54,301 nt of DNA from contig DASZPP010000121.1 of assembly GCA_035549975.1 (NCBI GenBank), positions 1-54,301 on the forward strand. The letters run 5' to 3'. The DNA is from Opitutus sp. Lineage in GTDB: Bacteria; Verrucomicrobiota; Verrucomicrobiia; Opitutales; Opitutaceae. Positions 30,151 through 39,767 of this stretch are shown here, one piece after another. A program made the translations under genes and the position numbers. Position 1 is the first letter of the stretch; each line of letters opens with the position of its first letter. The notes beneath the pieces are model-generated. The model ran no database searches. It saw only the letters and a list, made by a program, of their open reading frames with translations, and was not told the DNA's origin.

Positions 30151-31986
30151 TCATTCGAACAACGGCAGAATCTTCATCCCCGGCACCGTCACCAATCCCT
30201 TGTCGGTGATCCGGATCTCCGGAATCACCGACAGCGGGATCAAATTGAAACCCATGTAAGGCAGCGTGCAGCCGGCCTCCTGCCACGCCTTCTTCAGCGC
30301 GGTCGACTCCTTCGCCACGATCGTCGCGCGCTTGTCCGAGATCAACCCCGCCACCGGGAGCGCCACGCTCGCGACGACGCGCCCGTCGCGAACGATGCAC
30401 ACGCCGCCGCGCAATTTCCTGATCGTCGCCAGCGCCACCTGCATATCGGCCTCATTCGTGCCGGCGAGGATGATGTTGGGCGCGTCGTGCCCCACCGAAC
30501 TGCCGACCGCGCCCGCCCTCAGGCCGAAATCCTTCAACAGGCCGTGCGCCACCGCGCCGGATTTGCCGTGACGTTCGACCACCGTCACGAAGCACAATCC
30601 GTGTTTCGCGAACTGGTCCGCCCACGTCCCGCTCGTAGCGGCAGGCGTCCCTGCCTGCCGTACTGCCGCCGGCTCCAGGCTCACCGTGTCGTGAAACAGG
30701 ATGATCCCCGGCAGCGCCGTCCGGATCACATTCGCCGTCACCGGCTCCGCCGGCAGCTCCGGTGTGAGCCGCCGCTTTTTCTTCGACAGCTTCACCGTCT
30801 GGTAAGCCGCGCGCGGATAGCGGTAACGTTTGCTCAGCGCCTGGTCCAAAACCGGCGTGATCTTCCGGTTCTCGACGACCAGCTCGCCGCCGAACCACGT
30901 GTTCTGCACCTCCAGCGCATCGTTCAACAGCACCACGTCCGCGCGCCGCGAGTGCCCGAGCCCGCCGACGTCGCCATCCTTCGCGTAACGCGTCGCGCCG
31001 TGCAGCGAGCCCATGCTCCACGCTGTCACCGGCGGCAGCCCGGCCTTCACCGCTTCGCGCACGACCCAGTCCATCCCGAACAAGAACAAATCGTCCGCGT
31101 CGCGATCATCCGTGCACACGCACACGCGCTTCGGGTTCGCGCCAAGCTCCGTCACCGCCTTGATCGCCAGCGGCAGCGAATGCCACGGCGTCTGCGGATT
31201 CCCGCCGCGCAGGAAAATCCAGATGCCCGCCTCGAGGAAGTCGTTCGCGATCTCGCGGTCGATCGACTCGTGCGTGTCGGTGATCCCGCTCGCCGCGCCC
31301 GCCGCAACGAATTCCCGCCCGTAAATGTGCCCGCACACCGGCCGCCCGCGCTTGATCGCCTCCGCCAGGATCGCATGGCTGCGCCCGTCGCCCATCGCGA
31401 CCTGCACGAAGTCCATCTTCTCGCCGAGCGCGACCGCCTCCGGCCACTTGTCGAAAATCATCCCGATCTTTTTTGGCGTCAGGTCGCCGCCGGCCGTCTC
31501 GAACTCCGGCGTCGTCGCCGGCACCGTGCTTGGCACCGTCAAAAAAATCGACAGTGGCGCCTGCCGCGCATCCGCCAGCATCCATTCCACGCCCGCCGCG
31601 TCGCACACGTTGCCGATTTCGTGGCTGTCGCAGAAAATCGTCGTCGTGCCGTTGAGCAGCGCGCCCTCCGCATACGCGCACGCCGTCATCATCGAGCTCT
31701 CGATGTGGATGTGCGGATCGACCAGCCCCGGTGCGAGGATCCCGCCATGCGCATCGTAAACTTTCGTCTTTCCGCCTTTCGTCGGCTTGAACGTCCCCGC
31801 CGCTTTCACCGCCGCGATCCGTCCGCCCTTGATCCAGATCTCGCGCCCGTCGTGAATCCGCTCCGTGTAAGTCGAGAGCACGCGTGCGCCGGTGATCACG
31901 AGATCGGGCGCCTCGCGTCCCATCGCCACCGCGGCGAGCGTTCGGGTCATCGTGTGCAGGGGCGCAACCGAGAATCGCGTGAGCAT
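30151..31986 (-). CDS. ade: Adenine deaminase (COG1001 family)
   Basis: [64 protein letters not shown]. Confidence 0.93.
   Translation of the reverse strand: MLTRFSVAPLHTMTRTLAAVAMGREAPDLVITGARVLSTYTERIHDGREIWIKGGRIAAVKAAGTFKPTKGGKTKVYDAHGGILAPGLVDPHIHIESSMMTACAYAEGALLNGTTTIFCDSHEIGNVCDAAGVEWMLADARQAPLSIFLTVPSTVPATTPEFETAGGDLTPKKIGMIFDKWPEAVALGEKMDFVQVAMGDGRSHAILAEAIKRGRPVCGHIYGREFVAAGAASGITDTHESIDREIANDFLEAGIWIFLRGGNPQTPWHSLPLAIKAVTELGANPKRVCVCTDDRDADDLFLFGMDWVVREAVKAGLPPVTAWSMGSLHGATRYAKDGDVGGLGHSRRADVVLLNDALEVQNTWFGGELVVENRKITPVLDQALSKRYRYPRAAYQTVKLSKKKRRLTPELPAEPVTANVIRTALPGIILFHDTVSLEPAAVRQAGTPAATSGTWADQFAKHGLCFVTVVERHGKSGAVAHGLLKDFGLRAGAVGSSVGHDAPNIILAGTNEADMQVALATIRKLRGGVCIVRDGRVVASVALPVAGLISDKRATIVAKESTALKKAWQEAGCTLPYMGFNLIPLSVIPEIRITDKGLVTVPGMKILPLFE
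30635..30662 (+). repeat. GTAG-type REP inside the ade coding sequence
   Basis: GTAG + CGGCAGGC-GTCCCT-GCCTGCCG perfect 8-bp hairpin; encodes part of [12 protein letters not shown] on the minus strand. Confidence 0.65.
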
Positions 31987-32200
31987 GCCGTCGTTCTAAG
32001 CGCAAATCCGCTCCCGGCGAAAGCGCGAAAACTCCCCGTCTCATCTTCTCGCCAGCCTGGTTCGCTTCCCGTTTTCCGAGGGACCACCTCCAGTTGGTCC
32101 GCGCTCCACGCGCACCTAAACCGTCCCGGATGAATCCACCCGCCATCTTCCCGTCCGTCCCATCTTACCATCCCATCTTCCATTTCCTCCCCGCGCTCAT

Positions 32201-32278
32201 TTGTCATATAAGGTATGACAACCGCCGTCGTCTTCTCGCGAAAACGCCCGCGAGCAATTGTCATACATTATATGACAA
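32201..32278. promoter_or_regulatory. Two inverted copies of the 21-bp palindrome between divergent ade and adenosine deaminase
   Basis: TTGTCATATAAGGTATGACAA (32201-32221) and TTGTCATACATTATATGACAA (32258-32278). Confidence 0.7.
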
Positions 32279-32355
32279 CCGCGGGAGGCGTTTCACCGCA
32301 TCCGGAGCCGCGGTTTCGCTTGCCGGCGGCGCGGCGCGTGCTTCTCGTCCGCTCC

Positions 32356-33777
32356 ATGAGACTGCGCCTGCTTCTCCTCGGTATCGCCGGTTTCTTCCTC
32401 TGCAATCTTCGCGCCGCCGATTTCGCCGACCGGTTCGAGGAGCTGAAAACGCACGCGACGCCCGCGCAACTTTACGCATTGCTCTACGATCTCCCCAAAG
32501 GCGGCGACCTCCACAACCACTCCGGTGGCGAAGACCGGCCCGAAGTGCTTTTCACGATCGCGACCGATCCCAAGCGCAACGGCGGCGACACCATTTACAC
32601 CCGCGTCCGTTTCCGTGATCTGCCCGACGCGATCAACCCCACGCAGCGCTTCCACAACATCCGCCAGCACACCTACGACCACCTTCCGCCCGACGAGCAG
32701 GCCGAATACGTCCGTCTCGACGCGCTCACTCCCGCCGGGCGCGCCGACTGGTGCAACAGCCTCCGGCTCGACGCGCCCGGCGAGGGCCGCGCCGAATTTT
32801 TCGACGTCATCTGGGACCGCCTCGGCGAGATCGACGACAACCTCGCCATCGCCACCGAAATGATCGTCGAAAACATGAAGGCCTTCGGCGCCGAGCATCT
32901 CGTCTACCTCGAGACCCAGTTCGGCATCGAGCACATGCGCAACAACGCCGGGCAACCGATCCCCGCCGACGCCGCCGTCGCCTTCGTCAAGCATCGCCTC
33001 GCCCAGCCCGACGTCGCCGCCACCGGGGTGACGGTGCGATTTCAGCGCACGATCCTGCGCTTCACCCCCGACGCCGAACAAGTGCTCGGCGAGGCCTACG
33101 CCTTCGTCGATGCGCACCGCGACCTCTGGGTCGGCCTCAACATGGCCGGCATTGAGGAAAACGGCCACGGCTACCCCGCGCGCTTCCTTTCCGTCTTTCG
33201 CCGCCTCCGCGCGAAATATCCCACGCTCAAACTCTCGATCCATGCCGGCGAGATGGATGGCCCCGACTCGCACATCCGCGACACACTCCTCCTCGGCGCC
33301 TCGCGCATCGGCCACGGGACCAACCTGCTCAAGGACCCCGACACGCTCCTGCTCCTCCAGCAAACCCGCCGCGTCCTGATCGAGGTCAGCCTCATCTCCA
33401 ATCACGTCCTCGAATATGCCCCGGACCTGACGCAGCATCCGTTCCCGGAATATCTGCGCACCGGCATCCCCGTCTGCCTGAACACCGACGATCGCGGCAT
33501 GTGGGACTCCAACCTGACCGACGAATACTTCACCGCCGTCACGACCTTCCATCTCTCCTGGGACGAAATCGTCGGGATCGGTCGCAACTCGCTCGCCTTT
33601 TCTTTCGTGCAGCCCGATGTGAAACAGAAACTCCTCGCCGACTACGCCACCCGTGTCGCCGCCTTCGAACAAAAATACGGCGCCGGCTCGCTCGACGATT
33701 CCCTCTCCGCCCTCTCCACCGTCCACCCCGTCGCCTACACCTACGCGAAGAAAACCTGGGGCCTCGCCTTCAAGTAG
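32356..33777 (+). CDS. Secreted adenosine deaminase, ADGF/ADA2-like
   Basis: Signal peptide; LPKGGDLHNH, HAGE, RIGHG, HPF, NTDD. Confidence 0.88.
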   Translation: MRLRLLLLGIAGFFLCNLRAADFADRFEELKTHATPAQLYALLYDLPKGGDLHNHSGGEDRPEVLFTIATDPKRNGGDTIYTRVRFRDLPDAINPTQRFHNIRQHTYDHLPPDEQAEYVRLDALTPAGRADWCNSLRLDAPGEGRAEFFDVIWDRLGEIDDNLAIATEMIVENMKAFGAEHLVYLETQFGIEHMRNNAGQPIPADAAVAFVKHRLAQPDVAATGVTVRFQRTILRFTPDAEQVLGEAYAFVDAHRDLWVGLNMAGIEENGHGYPARFLSVFRRLRAKYPTLKLSIHAGEMDGPDSHIRDTLLLGASRIGHGTNLLKDPDTLLLLQQTRRVLIEVSLISNHVLEYAPDLTQHPFPEYLRTGIPVCLNTDDRGMWDSNLTDEYFTAVTTFHLSWDEIVGIGRNSLAFSFVQPDVKQKLLADYATRVAAFEQKYGAGSLDDSLSALSTVHPVAYTYAKKTWGLAFK

Positions 33778-33779
33778 GC

Positions 33780-33881
33780 AAAGCGGCGGAAGACACTGCC
33801 GCACTCCAGAAGCTCGCGCCGACCTGAAGCCGGTTCGCCACTGCGTCACCGTTTTGGAGTGCAGCCGTCCTCTGGCGTTTT
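33780..33881. repeat. REP-like inverted pair
   Basis: AAAGCGGCGG..CTGCCGCACTCCAGAA facing TTTTGGAGTGCAGCC..GGCGTTTT; degenerate relative at ~34385-34432. Confidence 0.7.
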
Positions 33882-33915
33882 CCATCCCGCCGCCCCGCCA
33901 AACATCCCCAACCCG

Positions 33916-34359
33916 CTACTCCCCCGCCGACGCTCCACTTCCCGCCCGCACGACCAGAATCGGCACCGCCGTGTTGTGCCGCACGCGATCGATCGTGCTT
34001 CCGTAAAAAATGTCCCCGATCAGCTTGTGCCCGTGCGACGTCATCGCGATGAGGTCGCACTGCCGCGCGTGCGCGGTCTTCACGATCTCGCTCGGTGGAT
34101 TGCCCATCGCGAGTTCCGTCCCGACCACCAATCCGTTCGCCCGGAGTCGTCCCGCGATTCCTTCGAGGTAGGCGCGATCCGCCTTCATCTCGTCCGATTC
34201 CGCGAGCCCCAATTGCTCGAAATTCCTCGCGGCAAACCCATCCGCGACGTGCACCAGCAGCAGCTCCGACCCCATCCGCCGCGCCAGTTCCGCGACGTGC
34301 GGCACGACTGCGTCGTCCGCCCGGCTGTTCTCCAGCGCCACTAGGATTTTTTTATACAT
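33916..34359 (-). CDS. Universal stress protein
   Basis: MYKKILVAL, LLLVHV, GNP..EI, DLIAMTSHG, GS...V, PILVV. Confidence 0.92.
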   Translation of the reverse strand: MYKKILVALENSRADDAVVPHVAELARRMGSELLLVHVADGFAARNFEQLGLAESDEMKADRAYLEGIAGRLRANGLVVGTELAMGNPPSEIVKTAHARQCDLIAMTSHGHKLIGDIFYGSTIDRVRHNTAVPILVVRAGSGASAGE

Positions 34360-34441
34360 GCCTGAAAGTCCGGGAACCGGGGTCCAAAGCTTGGAGCTGC
34401 GGCGGAATGCTCGAGTGGTGCGGTCCGTTTTGGCTGTCGCT

Positions 34442-35803
34442 CTAGGCCTTTCCGGTCACGCCGGCGATGTCCAGCAGCAGCTTCACGTTGAGCCCGATGA
34501 TAAGCACCGTCGTGGCCCAGCCAAGCAGTTTGATCCACCACGAATTCACAAACTCCCCCATCTTCGCCCGTTCGCCCGTGAACCGCATCAACGGCCAGCA
34601 CGCAAACCCCAGTTGCATGCTCAGGCCCACTTGGCTCGCGACGATCAGCTCCGTCGACTTGCCCTCGCCCGCGATCCCGATCACCAGCACCGCCGGCACG
34701 ACGGCGATCGCACGCGTGATCAACCGCCGCAGCCACGGCCGGATGCGCACGTTGATGAATCCCTCCATCACGATCTGCCCCGCCAGCGTTCCGGTCAGCG
34801 TCGAATTCTGCCCCGACGCCAGCAGCGCCACCGCGAACAGCATGCTCGCAAAAGTCACCCCCATCAGCCCGTCGAGCAGGTGATAAGCGTCCTGGATCTC
34901 CGCCACCTCCCCGTGCCCGCGCGTGTGGAACACCGCTCCCGCCAGCACGAGGATCGCCCCGTTGATGAACAACGCGAACATCAGCGCCACCGTCGAGTCC
35001 AGCGTCGCAAACCGGATCGCCTCCCGCTTGCCGCCCGCCGTCTGCTCGTATTTCCGCGTCTGCACGATTGACGAGTGCAGGTAGAGATTGTGCGGCATCA
35101 CCGTCGCGCCGAGGATGCCGATGGCCGCGTACAGCATCCCGGGGCGGCGCAAAATATCCGCGCTCGGCACGAAGCCCGCCAGCACGCCGCCCAGTTCCGG
35201 CTTCGCGATGAATAGCTCGACGGCAAAACACGTCCCGATCGTCGCGATCAACGTCACCACCACCGCCTCCAGGTACCGGAACCCGCGATTCTGCAGCAGC
35301 AGCACGATCATCACGTCCAGCGCCGTGATCAGGCAGCCCCACACCAGCGGAATGCCGAACAGCAATTGGAGCGCGATCGCCGAACCCACCACTTCCGCGA
35401 GGTCGCACGCCGCGATCGCCAGCTCGCACAGGATCCACTGGAACCACACCACCGGCGTCGGATAATGATCGCGGCACGCCTGCGCCAGGTCCCGCCCCGT
35501 CGCGATGCCCAGCTTCACGCACAGGTGCTGCAGCAAAATCGCCATCAGGTTCGAAACCATGATGACGGACAGCAGCGTGTAGCCGAACTGCGCCCCGCCC
35601 GCCAGGTCCGTCGCCCAGTTCCCCGGGTCCATGTAGCCCACCGCCACCAGGAAACCCGGGCCCGCAAACGCGAAAAACTTCCGCCAGAACGGCGCCCCCG
35701 CCGGCACCGCGATCGTCCCGTGGACTTCGCCCAGGCTCGCCGCGCCCGCCGCCCGCCGCCAGCCCGCCGTGGGTGGTGGGGAGGAGGACGCGTCGCCGTT
35801 CAT
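34442..35803 (-). CDS. mntH: Nramp Mn2+/Fe2+ transporter
   Basis: GYMDPGNWATD, GATVMPHNLYLHS, GQNSTLTGTLAGQIVMEGF. Confidence 0.97.
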   Translation of the reverse strand: MNGDASSSPPPTAGWRRAAGAASLGEVHGTIAVPAGAPFWRKFFAFAGPGFLVAVGYMDPGNWATDLAGGAQFGYTLLSVIMVSNLMAILLQHLCVKLGIATGRDLAQACRDHYPTPVVWFQWILCELAIAACDLAEVVGSAIALQLLFGIPLVWGCLITALDVMIVLLLQNRGFRYLEAVVVTLIATIGTCFAVELFIAKPELGGVLAGFVPSADILRRPGMLYAAIGILGATVMPHNLYLHSSIVQTRKYEQTAGGKREAIRFATLDSTVALMFALFINGAILVLAGAVFHTRGHGEVAEIQDAYHLLDGLMGVTFASMLFAVALLASGQNSTLTGTLAGQIVMEGFINVRIRPWLRRLITRAIAVVPAVLVIGIAGEGKSTELIVASQVGLSMQLGFACWPLMRFTGERAKMGEFVNSWWIKLLGWATTVLIIGLNVKLLLDIAGVTGKA

Positions 35804-35825
35804 GCCCCGAACACGGCACGAATTG

Positions 35826-35843
35826 ATTTTGATTAGTCAAAAT
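35826..35843. promoter_or_regulatory. Probable MntR/DtxR operator
   Basis: AT-rich palindrome ATTTTGATTAGTCAAAAT in the short divergent mntH/mntR spacer. Confidence 0.75.
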
Positions 35844-35887
35844 AAATCTTTATTTGCCTCAAAACCATGATTCGCTATCGCCCGCTC

Positions 35888-36550
35888 ATGGCGTCGAGCA
35901 CCGTCGAGAACTACCTCAAGCAGATCCTGCTCCTCTCCGAGTCGACCGGTGGGCTGGTGCCGATGGGCGACCTCGCCGGCTCCCTCGCCGTCGTGCCCGG
36001 CACGGTCACGACGATGGTCAAGTCCCTCGCCGCCGACGGACTCGTCCGCCACCGGCCGCGCCAGGGGGTCCGCCTCACCGACCGCGGCCGCCGGGTCGCC
36101 CTCGGGGTCATCCGGCGCCACCGCCTCGTCGAGACGTTCCTCGTCAACGTCCTCAAGATGGACTGGGCCCGCGTCCACATCGAGGCGGAGCAGTTGGAGC
36201 ACGCGATCTCCGACGACGTCCTTGACCGCCTCGATGCGCTTCTCGGCCATCCCGCCACCGACCCGCACGGCGACCCGATTCCCAACGCCCACGGCACCCT
36301 CAACGCCCAGGTCTACGCCACCCTCGCCACCTGCGCCGTCGCGCGGCCGCTGCGCATCGTCCGTGTGACCGAGCAGACGCCCGACTTCCTCGAGTTCGCC
36401 CGCCACAACAGACTCCGGCCCGGCGCCACCGTTCGGGTCGTGGATCGCAACCTCGCCGCCGGCCTCGTCACGCTCAAGACCTCCGCTGTGCGCGCCTCCG
36501 CGCTCAGCCTCGCCGCCGCCGGCAAGATTCTCGTCGAGCCCGCACGGTAG
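35888..36550 (+). CDS. mntR: DtxR/MntR family metal-dependent repressor with FeoA domain
   Basis: ENYLK, RRHRLVETFL, EAEQLEH, DPHGDPIP. Confidence 0.93.
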   Translation: MASSTVENYLKQILLLSESTGGLVPMGDLAGSLAVVPGTVTTMVKSLAADGLVRHRPRQGVRLTDRGRRVALGVIRRHRLVETFLVNVLKMDWARVHIEAEQLEHAISDDVLDRLDALLGHPATDPHGDPIPNAHGTLNAQVYATLATCAVARPLRIVRVTEQTPDFLEFARHNRLRPGATVRVVDRNLAAGLVTLKTSAVRASALSLAAAGKILVEPAR

Positions 36551-36669
36551 GACGCGTTGACCCAACCCACCGGTTCGCGGCGCACACGCATTTTCGACCT
36601 CGCCGGGCTGCGAGTCGCCCGCGCACCTTCGCCTTGCGGCTCCTGTTGCGCTCCCGCACGCTCCCGCCG

Positions 36670-38364
36670 ATGTCGCAGCCCTTCGCGCGCACCGTCTTCC
36701 TGCTGACCGCCGCGTTTTTCGCCGCCTTCTTCGTCTGGCCGATCCTGCAGATTCTCCGCGGCGGCTTCATCGATGCCGACGGCCGGTTCACCTTCGCCTA
36801 CCTGGCGACTTTGCTGCGCGACCCGACCTACCTCACCGCGCTCCGCAACTCGTTCCTGCTCGCGTGCGCCGCCACCGCGCTCGCGTTTCTCCTCGCCCTT
36901 CCCCTCGCCGTCGTCAGCGACCGTTTTCTGTTTCCCGCCAAAAACCTCCTCGGCTCGCTCGTGCTCGTGCCGATGATCCTGCCGCCGTTCGTGGGCGCGA
37001 TTGGCATCAAACAGATCTTCGGCCAATACGGCGCGTTCAACTCCCTCCTCATCGCGCTCCACCTGCGGCCGCCGGGTTGGACGTTCGACTGGTTCGCCGC
37101 GAACCAGTTCTGGGGCGTCGCCAGCGTCGAGGCGCTTTCGCTCTACCCGATCATCTATCTCAATGCGGTCGCCGCCCTCGCCAATCTCGATCCCGCGCTC
37201 GACGAGGCCGCCCAGAACCTCGGCTGCACCGGTTTCCGCCGCTTCTGGAAAATCACGCTCCCGCTCATCCAGCCCGGCCTGTTCGCCGGCGGCACGATCG
37301 TCTTCATCTGGGCGTTCACCGAGCTCGGCACGCCGCTCATCTTCGACTACGCCGAGGTCACCTCCGTCCAGATTTTCTACGGCCTCGGCGAAATCGGCGG
37401 CAACCCGTTCCCCTACGCGCTCGTCGCCGTGATGCTCATCGCCTCCGTTTTTCTCTACGCGATCGGCAAGGGCCTCTTCGGCCATGCCTCGCCCGCGATG
37501 ATGGCCAAGGCCACCAGCGCCCCCGCCGCCCGCCCGCTCCCGCCGTTCCGGGCATTCCTCTGCACCGCGCTTTTCGCCGGCGTCACCTTCATCGCCGTGC
37601 TTCCGCACCTCGGCGTGGTCCTCGTCGCCTGTTCGCGCGACTGGTATGCGACCGTCGTGCCCCGCGCCTGGACGCTCGACAACTTCCGCCTCGCCCTCGG
37701 CCACAACCTCACCGTCGGCTCGATCGCCAACAGCCTCAAATACTCGAGCCTCTCCACCGTCGTCGACATCGTCCTCGGCGTCGCCATCGCCTACGTGATC
37801 GTCCGGACCAGGCTCGCCGGCCGCCACGCCCTGGATTTTCTCGCGATGCTTCCCCTCGCCGTTCCCGGCATCGTCCTCGCCTTCGGTTACCTGGCGATGG
37901 CGCAAAAAGGCCGGGCCTTCGCCTTCCTCGATCCCGTCCGCGATCCCACCCTTCTTCTCATCATTGCTTATTCGATCCGCCGGCTGCCCTACGTGGTTCG
38001 CTCCGCCGCCGCCGGATTCCAGCAAACCAGCGTCACCCTCGAGGAAGCCGCGCAGAACCTCGGCGCGCCGCCGCTCCGGGCCGTCGCGCGCGTGACCCTG
38101 CCGCTCATCACCGCCAATCTCATCGCCGGCGGCCTGCTCGCCTTCGCCTTCGCGATGCTCGAGGTCAGCGACTCGCTGATCCTCGCGCAGAAGCAAACGT
38201 TCTATCCCATCACGAAAGCGATCCTCGAACTCTTCCAGCTCCTCGGCGACGGCAAGTTCCTCGCCAGCGCGCTCGGCGTCTGGGCCATGGCCTTCCTCGG
38301 CGTCACCATCGTCGCGCTCGGCACGCTCCTCGGCAAAAAACTCGGCGCGATTTTCCGCGTGTGA
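36670..38364 (+). CDS. Fe3+-type ABC transporter permease (FbpB/AfuB-like, duplicated domain)
   Basis: Two EAA loops (LDEAAQNLG, LEEAAQNLGA), PPFVGA, ~12 TM. Confidence 0.9.
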   Translation: MSQPFARTVFLLTAAFFAAFFVWPILQILRGGFIDADGRFTFAYLATLLRDPTYLTALRNSFLLACAATALAFLLALPLAVVSDRFLFPAKNLLGSLVLVPMILPPFVGAIGIKQIFGQYGAFNSLLIALHLRPPGWTFDWFAANQFWGVASVEALSLYPIIYLNAVAALANLDPALDEAAQNLGCTGFRRFWKITLPLIQPGLFAGGTIVFIWAFTELGTPLIFDYAEVTSVQIFYGLGEIGGNPFPYALVAVMLIASVFLYAIGKGLFGHASPAMMAKATSAPAARPLPPFRAFLCTALFAGVTFIAVLPHLGVVLVACSRDWYATVVPRAWTLDNFRLALGHNLTVGSIANSLKYSSLSTVVDIVLGVAIAYVIVRTRLAGRHALDFLAMLPLAVPGIVLAFGYLAMAQKGRAFAFLDPVRDPTLLLIIAYSIRRLPYVVRSAAAGFQQTSVTLEEAAQNLGAPPLRAVARVTLPLITANLIAGGLLAFAFAMLEVSDSLILAQKQTFYPITKAILELFQLLGDGKFLASALGVWAMAFLGVTIVALGTLLGKKLGAIFRV

Positions 38365-38553
38365 TGTCGAATGCGGCGACGCGACGCCGCTCTCGACCCG
38401 CCGAATTCAACTCCTCCCCGCCCGCCGTTTCAACGCGCCACGCGTGCGATCGTCAGGTGACGGGCCGTTTGCTGTAGCGCGCCTTGGCGGCCGCCAAATT
38501 TCCCGAGGCACGGCGCTCACAGGCCGCCGTTACAACTTCGGACCCACCACCCA

Positions 38554-38574
38554 TTGTCATATAATGTATGACAA
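38554..38574. promoter_or_regulatory. 21-bp palindrome, copy 4, upstream of the EamA gene
   Basis: TTGTCATATAATGTATGACAA, identical to 20915-20935. Confidence 0.65.
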
Positions 38575-38660
38575 TTGCCGGCGGCCCTGCTGCCGGTCGC
38601 CGCAGGTCAGAAAAGTCTCCCTTTCCGTCTGGGCTGTGTGTTCCGTGGTCCTCGCCGCCA

Positions 38661-39518
38661 ATGTTCCTCCTTCTCCTCGTCTCCTTCATCTGGGCCTTTT
38701 CCTTCGGCCTGATCGGCAACAAGCTCGCCGGCGTCGATCCCACGGCGATCGCCGTCCTCCGCCTGGCGCTCGCGCTGCTCGCCTTCCTGCCGTTCTTCCG
38801 CCGCGGCGCGCTCGATGCCCGCACCGCCCTGCGCCTCGTCCTCATCGGCGCCGTCCAATTCGGCGCGATGTATCTGCTCTACCTCCGCGCCTACCTCGAC
38901 CTGCCGTCCTACGCCGTCGCCCTCTTCACGATCACCACGCCGCTTTACGTCGCGCTCTTCGACGCCGCCCTCGAGCGCCGCTGGCGGGTCCGCTTCGTGC
39001 TCGCCGCGCTGCTCGCGATCGCCGGCGCCGGCCTTCTCGTCTTCGCCAGCTCGATTGCCGGGAAGAACGTTCCGCGCGGCATCCTGCTCGTCCAGCTCTC
39101 CAACATCTGCTTCGCCGCCGGCCAGCTCGCGTGGCGGCGCGCGCGCACGCACCTTCCGGCCGCCGTCTCGGACGCGTCCGTTTTCGCGTTGCCCTACGCC
39201 GGCGCGTTCGCCGTCTCGGCCGGGCTTTCGATTTTCACCGTGCAGTGGTCCGCCGTGCATCTCACGCCCGCGCAGGTGATGATCATCCTCTACCTCGGCA
39301 TCCTCGCCTCCGGCGTCTGTTTCTTCTGGTGGAACGTCGGCGCCACGCACGTCAACGCCGGCACGCTTGCCGCGTTCAACAACGCCAAGATTCCGCTCGC
39401 CGTCGCCTGTTCGCTGATCTTCTTCCACGAACAGGCCGATCTTCCGCGTCTGCTCGTCAGCGGCGTCCTTCTCGCTCTCGCCGTCTGGATCGCCCGGCGC
39501 CGCACCGCGCCATCTTGA
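38661..39518 (+). CDS. EamA/DMT family transporter
   Basis: IWAFSFGLI, ~10 TM, YLGILASG. Confidence 0.9.
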   Translation: MFLLLLVSFIWAFSFGLIGNKLAGVDPTAIAVLRLALALLAFLPFFRRGALDARTALRLVLIGAVQFGAMYLLYLRAYLDLPSYAVALFTITTPLYVALFDAALERRWRVRFVLAALLAIAGAGLLVFASSIAGKNVPRGILLVQLSNICFAAGQLAWRRARTHLPAAVSDASVFALPYAGAFAVSAGLSIFTVQWSAVHLTPAQVMIILYLGILASGVCFFWWNVGATHVNAGTLAAFNNAKIPLAVACSLIFFHEQADLPRLLVSGVLLALAVWIARRRTAPS

Positions 39519-39767
39519 AGCGGTAGCGGCAGTCTGTGACCGCCGTGGCCTGGCCTGCGCCGCCCGGCCCGAGCGCGCCAGGCGCTCCGATGCCCGAGTC
39601 GCCTGCCGCGGCCGCCTTCGCTTCTCCGTCGCCTGCCGCGGCCTTTCCTCACGCTCGTTTTACCAAAAAACGGTAAGACTCGGCCCGGTCACCGATTCGC
39701 GCTCGCGCGTTGCGCACGCGGGCGCACAGGTTCACGCGTCCCGCACGCAGCCCTCCCCAAAAAAATC

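Noticed and set aside
32143-32280. Possible CRISPR mini-array from the two 21-bp palindromes with a 36-nt spacer
   Set aside because: Only two units, inverted relative to each other, with no cas genes; other copies are dispersed singletons
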